A DNA stretch of 64,000 nucleotides from positions 68,375 through 132,374 of the forward strand of contig JBGSSJ010000014.1 of the NCBI GenBank assembly GCA_041737125.1, in the 5' to 3' direction. A model generated the notes under the pieces. That model was given only the letters and a program-made list of their open reading frames with translations. It ran no database searches and had not been told where the DNA came from. Positions 8,055-18,264 of the stretch are shown here, one piece after another. Both the position numbers and the translations under genes were made by a program. Each line of letters begins with the position of its first letter. Position 1 is the first letter of the stretch. This DNA comes from Minisyncoccia bacterium (GTDB taxonomy: Bacteria > Patescibacteriota > Minisyncoccia > Phycocordibacterales > UBA9973).

Positions 8055-8978
8055 ATGTTCTGGACCCACACCAAAAGAATTATACGCTCAGGATATCGCA
8101 GTTTCGTGCGTAGTGGCTTCACCTCTCTTTCTTCTATCCTTATGATGGTAATAACTCTATTTGTTATTACTAGCCTTATCTTTGTAAAAACTACACTAAC
8201 TACAGCCCTCGGTAATATAAAAGACAAAGTTGATGTCACTGTTTACTTTATTCCAGATGCGAATGAAGAAGTGATTACTGATATAAAGACGGGCCTCGAG
8301 AAGCTACCAGAAGTAAAAGAAGTTTCTTATACTTCTGCAGATGAAGCATTAGAATCTTTCCGTGCAAGGCATGCGAACGACTATCTCGCCCTTCAGTCTC
8401 TAGATGAGCTCGGTGATAATCCATTAGGTGCGACACTCAATGTCAAAGCCAAAGACCCTTCACAATACGAAGGTATTGCAAGCTACCTAGGTAATGGCGA
8501 CGCACTATCCAAGGGTGCACTTACTATTATAGACAAGATAGATTACCATCAGAATAAAGTAGTTATAGATAGACTTACTGCAATTATCGCCGGAGCTGAA
8601 CGTTTAGGCTTCGTTATATCATTGGTACTCGTAATAATATCTATTATCATTACATTCTCTACAATACGCCTGATTATATATATGTCTCGTGAAGAGATCG
8701 GTGTCATGCGCCTTGTTGGTGCAGGTACAAGGTATATACAGGGACCTTTCGTTGTATCCGGAATACTCGTTGGTATTAGTGCGAGTATTATAAACTTGCT
8801 TTTGTTCATCCCTATTTCTATTTGGCTAGGGAACAAAGTCACCGACTTCATAGGGCTCAACCTATTCACTTATTTTAAAGATAATTTCTTTCAATTATTT
8901 ATTATTATGCTTGGTTCTGGAATTATCCTTGGTGGTATATCTAGTGCCTTTGCTATTGCCCGCTATCTGAAGAAATAA
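8055..8978 (+). CDS. ftsX: Cell division permease FtsX
   Basis: 4-TM permease with EIGVMRLVGA..IQGPF motif. Confidence 0.92.
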   Translation: MFWTHTKRIIRSGYRSFVRSGFTSLSSILMMVITLFVITSLIFVKTTLTTALGNIKDKVDVTVYFIPDANEEVITDIKTGLEKLPEVKEVSYTSADEALESFRARHANDYLALQSLDELGDNPLGATLNVKAKDPSQYEGIASYLGNGDALSKGALTIIDKIDYHQNKVVIDRLTAIIAGAERLGFVISLVLVIISIIITFSTIRLIIYMSREEIGVMRLVGAGTRYIQGPFVVSGILVGISASIINLLLFIPISIWLGNKVTDFIGLNLFTYFKDNFFQLFIIMLGSGIILGGISSAFAIARYLKK

Positions 8979-8980
8979 AA

Positions 8981-10663
8981 ATGAAGAAGACGAAACCAAT
9001 AATTCCAAAGGAAGAAAAACAATGCAAATATATCTTTGTTATCGGTGGAGTCATCTCTGGTGTAGGTAAAGGAGTCGCAGCTTCTTCTATTGCTCGTATT
9101 TTACAAGACAGGGGACAGAAGGTAACTGCCATAAAAGTAGATCCATATATAAACCTTGATGCAGGTACTATGAACCCGACTGAGCACGGCGAAGTCTTTG
9201 TTCTGGATGATGGAGATGAATGCGACCAAGATATGGGTAACTACGAGAGATTTCTAGGTATTAATCTCTCTCGCATAAATTACATGACCACGGGCCGTGT
9301 ATATCAGACTGTTATAGAGAAGGAGCGCAACCTAGAGTATGCGGGTAAGTGTGTAGAAGTTGTGCCTCATATACCGCTCGAAGTAATTCGTCGTATAGAG
9401 CTTGCTCGTGATAATGCAGGCGCTGATGTAGTCGTCATAGAGATAGGGGGTACTGTCGGTGAGTATCAGAATATGCTTTTCCTCGAAGCTGCTCGTATGA
9501 TGAAGATCAAGCACAGAAGAGATGTATTCTTCGTCATGGTGTCCTATCTTCCTATACCTAGTAAAGTAGGAGAAATGAAAACAAAGCCGACTCAGTACGC
9601 TGTGCGCACACTTAATGCTTCAGGAATTCAGCCAGACATTATAATCGCTCGTAGTGTCATGCCACTAGATGATAGGCGCAAAGAGAAGCTCTCAATGTTC
9701 TGTAATCTTCCACCTGAGAATATTATATCTGCGCCCGATGTAGATAGCATATATGACATACCACTGAACTTCGAGAAGGAAGGTCTAGGTGACATGATTT
9801 GTGATGTCGTCGATATGAAATGTGAACCTACAGGCGGGGAAGGCTATAATAAATGGCGCAAATTCGCGAAAGCCACTCACTCTGCGAAAGAGAATTTAAA
9901 TATAGCTATCATTGGTAAGTATTTTAATACTGGTGATTTTACTTTATCTGATTCATATCTATCTGTTATAGAAGCTGTAAAATACTCTGCTTATACCCAA
10001 GGCAGAAAACCAGTCCTCACATGGATATCAGCAGTAGATTACGAGAAAGATCCGAAGAAGCTTAAAGAACTTAGTAAATACGATGGCATAATTGTGCCGG
10101 GTGGGTTCGGTTCACGCGGAGTAGAGGGTCTTATAATGGCTGTATCTTACGCTCGCACAAACAAGATTCCATACTTTGGGCTTTGCTACGGCATGCAACT
10201 TATGGTTATAGAGTATGCTCGTAATGTTCTCAAATACAAAGATGCCAATACACGTGAGATAAATCCGAATGGTGATCACTTGGTTATAGATGTAATGGAA
10301 GACCAGAAAGATAAAATCGAGAATAAGAAGATGGGTGGTACTATGAGACTTGGTGCATATGATGCAGTCCTCAAAAAGGGAAGCATAGCATATAAATCTT
10401 ACGGTAAAGATTTGATATCCGAGCGTCATCGCCACCGCTATGAAGTAAGTAATGTTTATAGGAGTGATATAGAGAAAGCCGGACTCATATTCTCAGGGCT
10501 CTCACCTGATGGCCACTTAGCTGAGATAGCAGAGCTGCCTACATCTGTACATCCATTCTTCCTTGGCACACAATTCCACCCAGAGTTCAAAGCACGGCCT
10601 CTTGATCCACACCCACTTTTCTCTGCCTTTGTGAAAGCTTGTGTAATTAATAAAAAGAAATAG
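8981..10663 (+). CDS. pyrG: CTP synthase
   Basis: GGVISGVGKG, DPYINLDAGTMNPTEHGEVFV, GLCYGMQ, QFHPE. Confidence 0.98.
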   Translation: MKKTKPIIPKEEKQCKYIFVIGGVISGVGKGVAASSIARILQDRGQKVTAIKVDPYINLDAGTMNPTEHGEVFVLDDGDECDQDMGNYERFLGINLSRINYMTTGRVYQTVIEKERNLEYAGKCVEVVPHIPLEVIRRIELARDNAGADVVVIEIGGTVGEYQNMLFLEAARMMKIKHRRDVFFVMVSYLPIPSKVGEMKTKPTQYAVRTLNASGIQPDIIIARSVMPLDDRRKEKLSMFCNLPPENIISAPDVDSIYDIPLNFEKEGLGDMICDVVDMKCEPTGGEGYNKWRKFAKATHSAKENLNIAIIGKYFNTGDFTLSDSYLSVIEAVKYSAYTQGRKPVLTWISAVDYEKDPKKLKELSKYDGIIVPGGFGSRGVEGLIMAVSYARTNKIPYFGLCYGMQLMVIEYARNVLKYKDANTREINPNGDHLVIDVMEDQKDKIENKKMGGTMRLGAYDAVLKKGSIAYKSYGKDLISERHRHRYEVSNVYRSDIEKAGLIFSGLSPDGHLAEIAELPTSVHPFFLGTQFHPEFKARPLDPHPLFSAFVKACVINKKK

Positions 10664-10668
10664 AAGTG

Positions 10669-10712
10669 ATACAAATTAAAAGAGGCTCGCATGAGCCTCT
10701 TTTAATTTGTAT
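10669..10712. terminator. Bidirectional terminator
   Basis: Perfect 20-bp stem ATACAAATTAAAAGAGGCTC-GCAT-GAGCCTCTTTTAATTTGTAT between convergent genes. Confidence 0.85.
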
Positions 10713-10713
10713 A

Positions 10714-11442
10714 TTATTGTAATGCGTCTTGACCGTCGCGCATTCGGCTATCTGCTATGATATTTAGTATTTCATCTTCATTATCTGTGATTGTGTATAG
10801 GTTCATATCATTCGCACTGACGACTCCATACTTCTCTACGAGGACTTCTTTGATTATGTTCTGAATCGGAGTCCAGAATTCTACACCAAGGAGGATGATA
10901 GGTATTCTGCCAATTTTCTCTGTCTGTTGAAGTGTTAGCATTTCGAATAATTCATCAAGAGTACCGAATCCACCAGGGCAGAATACGCAAACTTCTGTTG
11001 TGTATGACATGGATACTTGGCGTGCAAAGAAGAAGTAGAAAGGTATCTCATCGGTTACGTACGGGTTCGTATGTTGCTCGTGGGGTAGGGTGATAGTCAG
11101 TCCTACAGATTTGCCTCCTGCTTCATAGGCCCCTCTGTTTGCAGCTTCCATGATGCCTCCTCCTCCACCAGAGAGTACTATGTAGCCTAGTTCCTTCGAT
11201 ATGCGGTAAGCAAGTGACCGAGCTTGCTTGTAAGCAGGGTGATCTTCATGAAGTCTTGCTGAGCCATAGAACGTGACAGAGGGGGTGAACTCACTTATCA
11301 TGTCTATTCCTTGGCGGAATTCTTCTTGAATCATGCAGAGCTTTGTCTCTTCTTTGCCTGCTCCATAGAGAGTCACACAGCCAGATTTTATATCATCGAT
11401 TGTTAATTTCTTCGGTCTATATACTTGTTTATTTGGTTCCAT
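10714..11442 (-). CDS. LOG family (TIGR00730-like) Rossmann-fold protein
   Basis: FYGSAR, GGGGGIMEAANRGA, PGGFGTLDELFE. Confidence 0.92.
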   Translation of the reverse strand: MEPNKQVYRPKKLTIDDIKSGCVTLYGAGKEETKLCMIQEEFRQGIDMISEFTPSVTFYGSARLHEDHPAYKQARSLAYRISKELGYIVLSGGGGGIMEAANRGAYEAGGKSVGLTITLPHEQHTNPYVTDEIPFYFFFARQVSMSYTTEVCVFCPGGFGTLDELFEMLTLQQTEKIGRIPIILLGVEFWTPIQNIIKEVLVEKYGVVSANDMNLYTITDNEDEILNIIADSRMRDGQDALQ

Positions 11443-11544
11443 ATCGTATGATTGTACCTTAAATTATTATTCTCAGCAATTTTGCATAAAAAAAGCCCAT
11501 TCGATTTGCATCGTAGGGCGGGGAATAAGGGTTAGCTTTGGATT

Positions 11545-11892
11545 TTAAGCTTTTCTAAGATCACGAATTGTACGTATTTTAGCCAGAACTATGGTAATTA
11601 TACATAGAACAGCGATAGTGCCGTTCATTATTGTTTCAGCCACAAATTTTTCTGTGTGACCTACGAAAACCATCCCTGTAAAAGCTAAAATCATAATAGC
11701 AAAATTAGTGATTCTTTCTTTCTCGAAAAGAATTCCTCTACCAGAGATAAAGATAACTGCTATATCCAGCAACCATCTAATAGCAGAAGAGTTGGAATGT
11801 GCATTATTCTTTTCTTGTTCGTGGAACAAGATAGCAATAGCTAATTCTAGGATTACCAATCCTAAAATTAAAAAATAATAATTTTTTTTCAT
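11545..11892 (-). CDS. Hypothetical membrane protein
   Basis: About four hydrophobic segments. Confidence 0.6.
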   Translation of the reverse strand: MKKNYYFLILGLVILELAIAILFHEQEKNNAHSNSSAIRWLLDIAVIFISGRGILFEKERITNFAIMILAFTGMVFVGHTEKFVAETIMNGTIAVLCIITIVLAKIRTIRDLRKA

Positions 11893-11980
11893 TTTTTCCC
11901 TAAACGGGTGTTTTATTTTTTTTCGAAATGTTCTTTGTCGGTTTTATTATAACCGATATGGCTCGCATTGTCAAGCAAAA

Positions 11981-12066
11981 AAACTACACGTTTTTATGTT
12001 TTTTGTCGGCTTGTTTTTCGAGAATTTCTAGCTTTTTAGAGATTATTATCATTTCTTCTTTTATGT
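11981..12066 (-). repeat. Diverged copy of the 3' end of gene 15962-16411 (direct repeat with 15959-16044)
   Basis: Ungapped alignment encoding IKEEMIIISKKLEILEKQADKKHKNV* versus IKEELIIISKKLEILEKQAYKNHKNI*. Confidence 0.9.
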
Positions 12067-12117
12067 TTATGGTGGCCTAAAATATAATATTAATTCAAGT
12101 TATGATATAATTTTAAA

Positions 12118-15100
12118 ATGAAGTCTAAATATAACATTTTGTTGGGCCGTAAGCTTTTTTTAACAATAATAACACTATTGCTTTTCGTTCCATCCCTTAC
12201 TCATGCAGCACTCACGGACAACCTCATATCTTTCTGGAACTTAAATGAGAGCAGTGGTACTAGAAATGATGTAATAAGCACAAATCACCTAGCTGAGGTT
12301 GGTGGTGCTATCCCATCTGCAATAGGGGTAATAAATAACGCACCTGCTTTCTCTTCAAGTAAATATCTTTCTATTAACGATAATGCAGAACTCAGTACCG
12401 GTGACATTGATTTTACCGTTGCGGGATGGGTATACCTGGACTCTAAAGCTTCACCACAAGGTATTGTTTCTAAATATGACGGTTCATCAAACAGTGAATT
12501 TATGCTCTACTACGCATCCGGTACTGATAGACTTACCTTTTTAGTAACTTCCAGTGGGTCATCTGCAACTCAAGTGTCAGTTGCTGCTGAGGATCTCGGA
12601 TCTCCTGCGATCAACACATGGTACTACGTTGTGGGGTGGCATGACTCAGTAAATAATACGATTAATATTCAAGTTAATAACGGTGCTGTAAACAGTACCG
12701 CAACGACACTTGGAGTTTTTGATGGAACAGCTCCGTTTCTCATAGGTTCGTATTCTGGAGGGACAAGACCGCTGAGTGGTCGCGTCGACTCAGTAGGATT
12801 ATGGAAGCGAGTCTTAACAACAAATGAAAAAAATGAATTATATGCTAGCGGAGCAGGGTTTGAGCATCCATTTCTTCCTGCTACTGCTCCTGGAGCTCCG
12901 ACAGGCATAACATTTCAACCCAAAGATAATAGTGTTGCGCTACGATGGTTTGCTCCTGACAGTGGGAACAGTGCTATCACAGATTATATTATTCAATATA
13001 AACTAACAGCAAGTGGTTCATGGACAACCTTTAGTGATGGCACTAGTGTTTTGTCATCTACAACGGTTACTGGTCTTACAAATGAAAATAGTTATGATTT
13101 TAGAATCGCCGCTGTGAATAATGTTGGTACAGGTGAATACTCAACCCCAATGACGGGAACTATTCTTGCGACAACTCTCGATGATGATCTTATATCTTTT
13201 TGGAATTTAAATGAGACGAGTGGCGTTCGGTATGATGTGGTAAATTCAAATGATGTATCTCAGGTTGGTGGTACAATCTCATCAACAGTAGGAGTTATAG
13301 GCAATGCTCCCGCATTCTCTTCTGATAAATATCTTTCTATTAATGATAATGCAGAACTCAGTACCGGGAACATTGATTTTACCGTTGCGGGATGGGTGTA
13401 CCTGGACTCTAAAGCTTCACCACAAGGTATTGTTTCTAAATATGACGGAACAACGAACCGTGAATTTATGCTCTACTACGCATCCGGTACCGATAGACTT
13501 ACCTTTTTAGTAACCTCAGGAGGGTCAGTAGCAACACAGGTATTAGCTGCTGCAAATGATCTCGGATCTCCTGCGATCAACACATGGTACTACGTTGTGG
13601 GGTGGCATGACTCAGTAAATAATACGATTAATATTCAAGTTAATAATGGTGCTGTAAACAGTACCGCAACGACACTTGGAGTTTTTGATGGAACAGCTCC
13701 TTTTCGCATAGGTTCGTATTCTGGGACGACAGGACCACTTAATGGTCGCGTCGACTCAGTAGGATTATGGAAGCGAGTCTTAACAACACAGGAACGCACA
13801 GACCTTTATTTTGGTTCTTTAGGTGTTCAATACCCATTCGATCCTGATGCTTCAAATACAATTACTATTATAGGCCCGTTACAATATCAAACATTTCAGA
13901 GAAGTTCAGAAAGTAGCGGCTCAATACCCATCAGTGGTACCTATAGCGGAACCCCTACTACTATTGAAGCTAGTTGGAACGGGGGTGCGTATCAAGTAAT
14001 CGATAATTCATTGAGCAACGGGTTCTTTTCAGGTACACTTACAAGTCAAACCCCAGGACAGGGAACACTCACTGTGAGATTTACAAATGATACTGCAGTG
14101 ACTGCTACACAAACATACGTTGGACTCGGAGACGTGTATGTTGTTGCTGGTCAGTCAAATGCGATGGGACGTGGAGCATTCGCTCAACTATACACACACC
14201 CTACTCTAAAGGCATCAATTTTCAATCAAAATGATCAATGGCTAGAAGGGAATGATCCTACAGATATTGACACCAACGATGGATCTCCATGGCCACTTCT
14301 CTCAACATATATTATGGATGATCAATCCGTGCCAGTCGCATTTATTACTACCGCCACAGGGGGCACAGGTCTTGTTAGTCCAAACGACTGGGAAAAAGGT
14401 GGTGGAGGTGGAGAATATGAAAGAATGATTACACAAATTACAGATTCGGGCGTCAATAGCGTCAAAGCAGTTCTCTGGCACCAAGGAGAACAAGATGTAA
14501 ACAGCGGTGTATCACGGGCAACATATAATGCCGCAATAGATACACTTGCAGGTCATATGGCAGCTGATATTGTTGGTGCGCCTAAATTGGTGTTAGCACA
14601 AATAGGATACAAGACAACAAGTGGTGCAGTTCGTGACAATGTTGACGCAGTCAGATTAGCACAGTCAGACGCGTGGGATGATAATCCAGGAGTTGTCGCA
14701 GGCCCTATTCTCTATGACATTGGACCTCTCAGTGATGGTGTACACTTTAGTACAAACGAAGAAATAGAGGCTTTAGCAGAGCGATGGTGGGCGTCTCTAA
14801 ATAAAGAGTACTATGGTGGGACTGATGGGCGTGGTCCAATACTTACTGCCGCTGAACACAACGAAGCAAAATCAGAGATCACACTTACATTTTCAGATGA
14901 TTCTTTGCCGATTACCCCGTCAACAGGCTTAAGCGGGTTTAGGGTTGAGGAAGATACAGTGAGTGTTCCTATTAGTAGTGTCACACGAATTGCTAATAAT
15001 AAATTGAGAATAGTGCTTACCTCTGCAGCAACAGGAGCTTTGACTGTATCGCTCGGGAGTTTTAATGACGGTGCTGGTGTGACGATTCCTAAAGACTCTA

Positions 15101-15864
15101 GCGCATACGCACTTCCTGCTGAGATTTTTGTTGACTATCCAACAACACTTGCTGTTGATACCGGAGCGCCAACTATAGATTCTGTAACTTCAAATAAAAC
15201 TACAGGAACATATGGCGTAGGAGAAGTCATTGATATTGATGTGACGTTTTCTGAAGCCGTGACATCTGCGTCTGTAACTGTTACCTTAGAAACAGGGGAT
15301 ATTGATCGCACTTGTACGTTTTCAATATCTAATTCTTCTACGGGTTCGTGTGACTATACTGTTCAGGTAGGGGACACAAGTGCTGTGCTCACTGTAGCTA
15401 GTATCTCAGGGTCTATTGTTGATGAGGCAAATAATGCAATGACAGATTTTGAACCAACTATCAATCTCTTTAATAACCCCTTACTCGTGATTGATACGAC
15501 TACCTCATTTCGTTCTGCATATGGTTCGTATTCTAAAACATCTCCATTCTTTATCCAGAATCAAGTTATATCAAATTCTCCATTACAAAATATACAGAAA
15601 TATATATTTACAAGAAATTTTAAAATTATAATACCTAGAATAAAAGGGGAGGATGTGAAGGTGTTACAAGAATTCTTAAACTTTAAAGGCTATACTATAC
15701 CTCAGACTGCATATGAGAAAGCAAATAATATTCCATCCTCTGATGGCGTGTTTGGTCCTTTGACTAAGAAAGCCGTTATTTCCTTCCAGCTGGCCAATGG
15801 CCTAGTGCCAGATGGTATCGTAGGACCGAAGACTTTGGCGAAAATAAAGGAGTTAGCTCATTGA
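12118..15864 (+). CDS. Secreted surface protein: LamG, FN3, LamG, SGNH/SASA-type acetylesterase, Ig-like, C-terminal peptidoglycan-binding domain
   Basis: Signal peptide; duplicated LamG; YDFRIAAVN (FN3); GQSN / WHQGE / DGVH esterase motifs; DGVFGPLTKKAVISFQ..DGIVGPKT. Confidence 0.85.
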   Translation: MKSKYNILLGRKLFLTIITLLLFVPSLTHAALTDNLISFWNLNESSGTRNDVISTNHLAEVGGAIPSAIGVINNAPAFSSSKYLSINDNAELSTGDIDFTVAGWVYLDSKASPQGIVSKYDGSSNSEFMLYYASGTDRLTFLVTSSGSSATQVSVAAEDLGSPAINTWYYVVGWHDSVNNTINIQVNNGAVNSTATTLGVFDGTAPFLIGSYSGGTRPLSGRVDSVGLWKRVLTTNEKNELYASGAGFEHPFLPATAPGAPTGITFQPKDNSVALRWFAPDSGNSAITDYIIQYKLTASGSWTTFSDGTSVLSSTTVTGLTNENSYDFRIAAVNNVGTGEYSTPMTGTILATTLDDDLISFWNLNETSGVRYDVVNSNDVSQVGGTISSTVGVIGNAPAFSSDKYLSINDNAELSTGNIDFTVAGWVYLDSKASPQGIVSKYDGTTNREFMLYYASGTDRLTFLVTSGGSVATQVLAAANDLGSPAINTWYYVVGWHDSVNNTINIQVNNGAVNSTATTLGVFDGTAPFRIGSYSGTTGPLNGRVDSVGLWKRVLTTQERTDLYFGSLGVQYPFDPDASNTITIIGPLQYQTFQRSSESSGSIPISGTYSGTPTTIEASWNGGAYQVIDNSLSNGFFSGTLTSQTPGQGTLTVRFTNDTAVTATQTYVGLGDVYVVAGQSNAMGRGAFAQLYTHPTLKASIFNQNDQWLEGNDPTDIDTNDGSPWPLLSTYIMDDQSVPVAFITTATGGTGLVSPNDWEKGGGGGEYERMITQITDSGVNSVKAVLWHQGEQDVNSGVSRATYNAAIDTLAGHMAADIVGAPKLVLAQIGYKTTSGAVRDNVDAVRLAQSDAWDDNPGVVAGPILYDIGPLSDGVHFSTNEEIEALAERWWASLNKEYYGGTDGRGPILTAAEHNEAKSEITLTFSDDSLPITPSTGLSGFRVEEDTVSVPISSVTRIANNKLRIVLTSAATGALTVSLGSFNDGAGVTIPKDSSAYALPAEIFVDYPTTLAVDTGAPTIDSVTSNKTTGTYGVGEVIDIDVTFSEAVTSASVTVTLETGDIDRTCTFSISNSSTGSCDYTVQVGDTSAVLTVASISGSIVDEANNAMTDFEPTINLFNNPLLVIDTTTSFRSAYGSYSKTSPFFIQNQVISNSPLQNIQKYIFTRNFKIIIPRIKGEDVKVLQEFLNFKGYTIPQTAYEKANNIPSSDGVFGPLTKKAVISFQLANGLVPDGIVGPKTLAKIKELAH
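12361..13788 (+). repeat. Intragenic LamG duplication (12361-12822 vs 13327-13788)
   Basis: Long near-identical nucleotide blocks at a constant 966-bp offset. Confidence 0.92.
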
Positions 15865-15961
15865 TTGATATGACTCTTATTAAATTTTAAAATTATTATA
15901 AATTCATTAATTTGATTTATTTTTTCGGCCTTCCTTCAAAAACCTTATACGAATCATAAAA

Positions 15962-16411
15962 CTATATATTTTTGTGGTTTTTATAAGCTTGTTTTTCGAG
16001 AATTTCGAGTTTTTTAGAGATTATTATCAGTTCTTCTTTTATGTCTGAAATAGCTGATACTTCACTTTTGAGTTCTGCGTCTGTTTTCTCTGTAAGCTTC
16101 CTTTCGCCTTTTAGACCTGCAAGTATAAGCTCATTACCAATGAAGCTTGAAGTGAAAGCTCCTGTTATATAGAGTGTGAAGGCCCCCACTACGAATGATA
16201 CTGGTCCATCCCACCAGTATGAATCTTTTAAGCTCAGCGAATGACTTTGCGCCAAATAGCCTATTGTGTCATGCATAACGTCCACAGTGTGCCAGACTCC
16301 TCTCCAGAAGAGCACAATACCTACTCCGACGATAAGTGCGTAGAGGGTAGGGTGGTGACTAAGGTGGCTTTGTATTTTGTGTTTTAATTCTTTCATCTCT
16401 CGATTATACAA
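15962..16411 (-). CDS. Hypothetical membrane protein with C-terminal coiled coil
   Basis: GIVLFWRGVWH TM segment, second TM, SFIGNELI. Confidence 0.8.
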   Translation of the reverse strand: MYNREMKELKHKIQSHLSHHPTLYALIVGVGIVLFWRGVWHTVDVMHDTIGYLAQSHSLSLKDSYWWDGPVSFVVGAFTLYITGAFTSSFIGNELILAGLKGERKLTEKTDAELKSEVSAISDIKEELIIISKKLEILEKQAYKNHKNI

Positions 16412-16423
16412 TATTTATAATTT

Positions 16424-17170
16424 TTAGAAAAATAGCATCTTTACTGCGGTTATGAGTATGACTATACCGAGCAGTGGTTTCAAAAATGCATCGCCTTTCT
16501 TTACTGCATAGCTTGTGCCCATATAGCCTCCGATTACCATACCCAAGAATAGTATTATAGCCACACGAAAATTTACAAAATCTGACTTTATAAATATAAT
16601 TACACTTCCAATAGTAGCAAGAATATGAGGAATTCGAGTAACAGCTTTTCCTTGTAGTATGGTATAGCCATATCCTCGCATTTTAATATAAGTTTCTGTT
16701 ATCCCTGACCCAGGAGAGAAGAATCCAGCCCATACACGAGCGAAGAAGAATGCTATGTGCGATACGACCCGCTTCCTGCCTACAGCTCTATCCTCTTTTA
16801 TGCCTAGATTTTTATTTATAAATAATAGCGGGATAATAATTAGAAGTATAACTCCTATTAATTTATTCAAAATTTCTGGATTAATAGATACTACCAAGCT
16901 CGCCCCAATTGCTGTAGCAGGCACAGCTATCAGTGTTAGGATTATTACATCCCTCCTTTTTATCCCTAGGTTTTTAATCTGAGCGAATTTAATTATGTTA
17001 CCAATTTTAAATCCTATATCACCAAAGTTGTAAGAGCCTAGGGCAATTTGTGTAGGTAGCCCTAGTGCTAGAAGTAGAGGCATAGCAACAAGCCCAGCTC
17101 CACCAGATACACTACCGACAAAGGCGCTAATAATACCGATTATGAAGAATAGGATATCGTTTAAGAACAT
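16424..17170 (-). CDS. Sulfite exporter TauE/SafE family protein
   Basis: GSVSGGAGLVAMP and GFFSPGSG motifs; multi-TM. Confidence 0.85.
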   Translation of the reverse strand: MFLNDILFFIIGIISAFVGSVSGGAGLVAMPLLLALGLPTQIALGSYNFGDIGFKIGNIIKFAQIKNLGIKRRDVIILTLIAVPATAIGASLVVSINPEILNKLIGVILLIIIPLLFINKNLGIKEDRAVGRKRVVSHIAFFFARVWAGFFSPGSGITETYIKMRGYGYTILQGKAVTRIPHILATIGSVIIFIKSDFVNFRVAIILFLGMVIGGYMGTSYAVKKGDAFLKPLLGIVILITAVKMLFF

Positions 17171-17539
17171 CTATCTTGTTTGATTTAGTTTATGGAAAGA
17201 ATAATAAGACACAAAGAGTACGATAAGTGCGATGACAGGGAACAGTAAGTATACAGTGAATCCAGTCACTACCCACATGCTTATGAATGCTGCTATGAAG
17301 TCAAAAGTAAATCCAGCATATGCCCACTCTTTTATAGTTTTAGGAATATTAGGAATGATCAGCGCTATTCCTCCGAGGACTTTTGCGACTACGAGCATGA
17401 CTGCAAAGTAAGCCGGATATCCGAAGGATACTATCCCACTAACTGCTGCACCATTAAAATAGGCAACCAATTCAAGTACTACTTGTGTAATGAATATTAA
17501 TGAAGTCGCAACCCAGAACATGATTTTGTATTTTTTCAT
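17171..17539 (-). CDS. DoxX-like family membrane protein
   Basis: GYPAYF..AKVLG..KEWAYAGF. Confidence 0.88.
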   Translation of the reverse strand: MKKYKIMFWVATSLIFITQVVLELVAYFNGAAVSGIVSFGYPAYFAVMLVVAKVLGGIALIIPNIPKTIKEWAYAGFTFDFIAAFISMWVVTGFTVYLLFPVIALIVLFVSYYSFHKLNQTR

Positions 17540-17563
17540 ATACTTTTATTATACATAATTTTT

Positions 17564-18178
17564 TTAATTTAATATTTTCTTCAGAGCTTCTATTACAGGT
17601 CCCATTTCTGTTATTTCATCTTCTTGTGTGTGCTGAATAGCTGGTTTACCTGTCGTCTTCGAGTAATACAGACATCGAACTGGCATATGTATATGTGGTG
17701 TACCAAATTCTTGGTTTGTTAGGACTACCTCTCTCCTAGATTCGATTTTCTTGACTTCACCGTTTGGATGTACCAATGCGAAAGCTTCTATCCAGGCAGC
17801 ATCCACTTGTCCTCCATGCCTAGTGGCAACTCCTTTCCAGAAGTTTAATAACTGCTTAGATATTTCTTCAGGGGATAAATTTTGTTCATCAATGCCTTCT
17901 AGGGCTTTTCTTTTGGGTACATCAGTGAAGCCATCACCTTCTACATAGAACCCCGTGTCGTTCGATATAATAGGGAAGTCTACTTTACCCAGGTAAGCTT
18001 GAGCTTTCAGAATAGCATTGTCCATTAAAGTTGTTCCATTCTCCTCTGTATCTAGAGTCTCGATTCCTAGTTCATCGGGGGAGAATAATTCAATATTAGG
18101 ATCAATATAATTTATCAATTTCCTAAATCTTTCTATTTTGCCTCCGTTATTAGTTGCAAGTAATACTTTCATCTTCAT
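17564..18178 (-). CDS. Ham1/RdgB-family non-canonical purine NTP pyrophosphatase
   Basis: LATNNGGKI, EENGTTLMDNAILKA, NDTGFYV. Confidence 0.8.
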   Translation of the reverse strand: MKMKVLLATNNGGKIERFRKLINYIDPNIELFSPDELGIETLDTEENGTTLMDNAILKAQAYLGKVDFPIISNDTGFYVEGDGFTDVPKRKALEGIDEQNLSPEEISKQLLNFWKGVATRHGGQVDAAWIEAFALVHPNGEVKKIESRREVVLTNQEFGTPHIHMPVRCLYYSKTTGKPAIQHTQEDEITEMGPVIEALKKILN

Positions 18179-18264
18179 ATTGTAGCATTTTTATAAATTT
18201 CTAATAAAATTAAAAAGAGCAGGCTTTAACCTTGCTCTTTTTAATGATATTTTCTGAAAACTTC

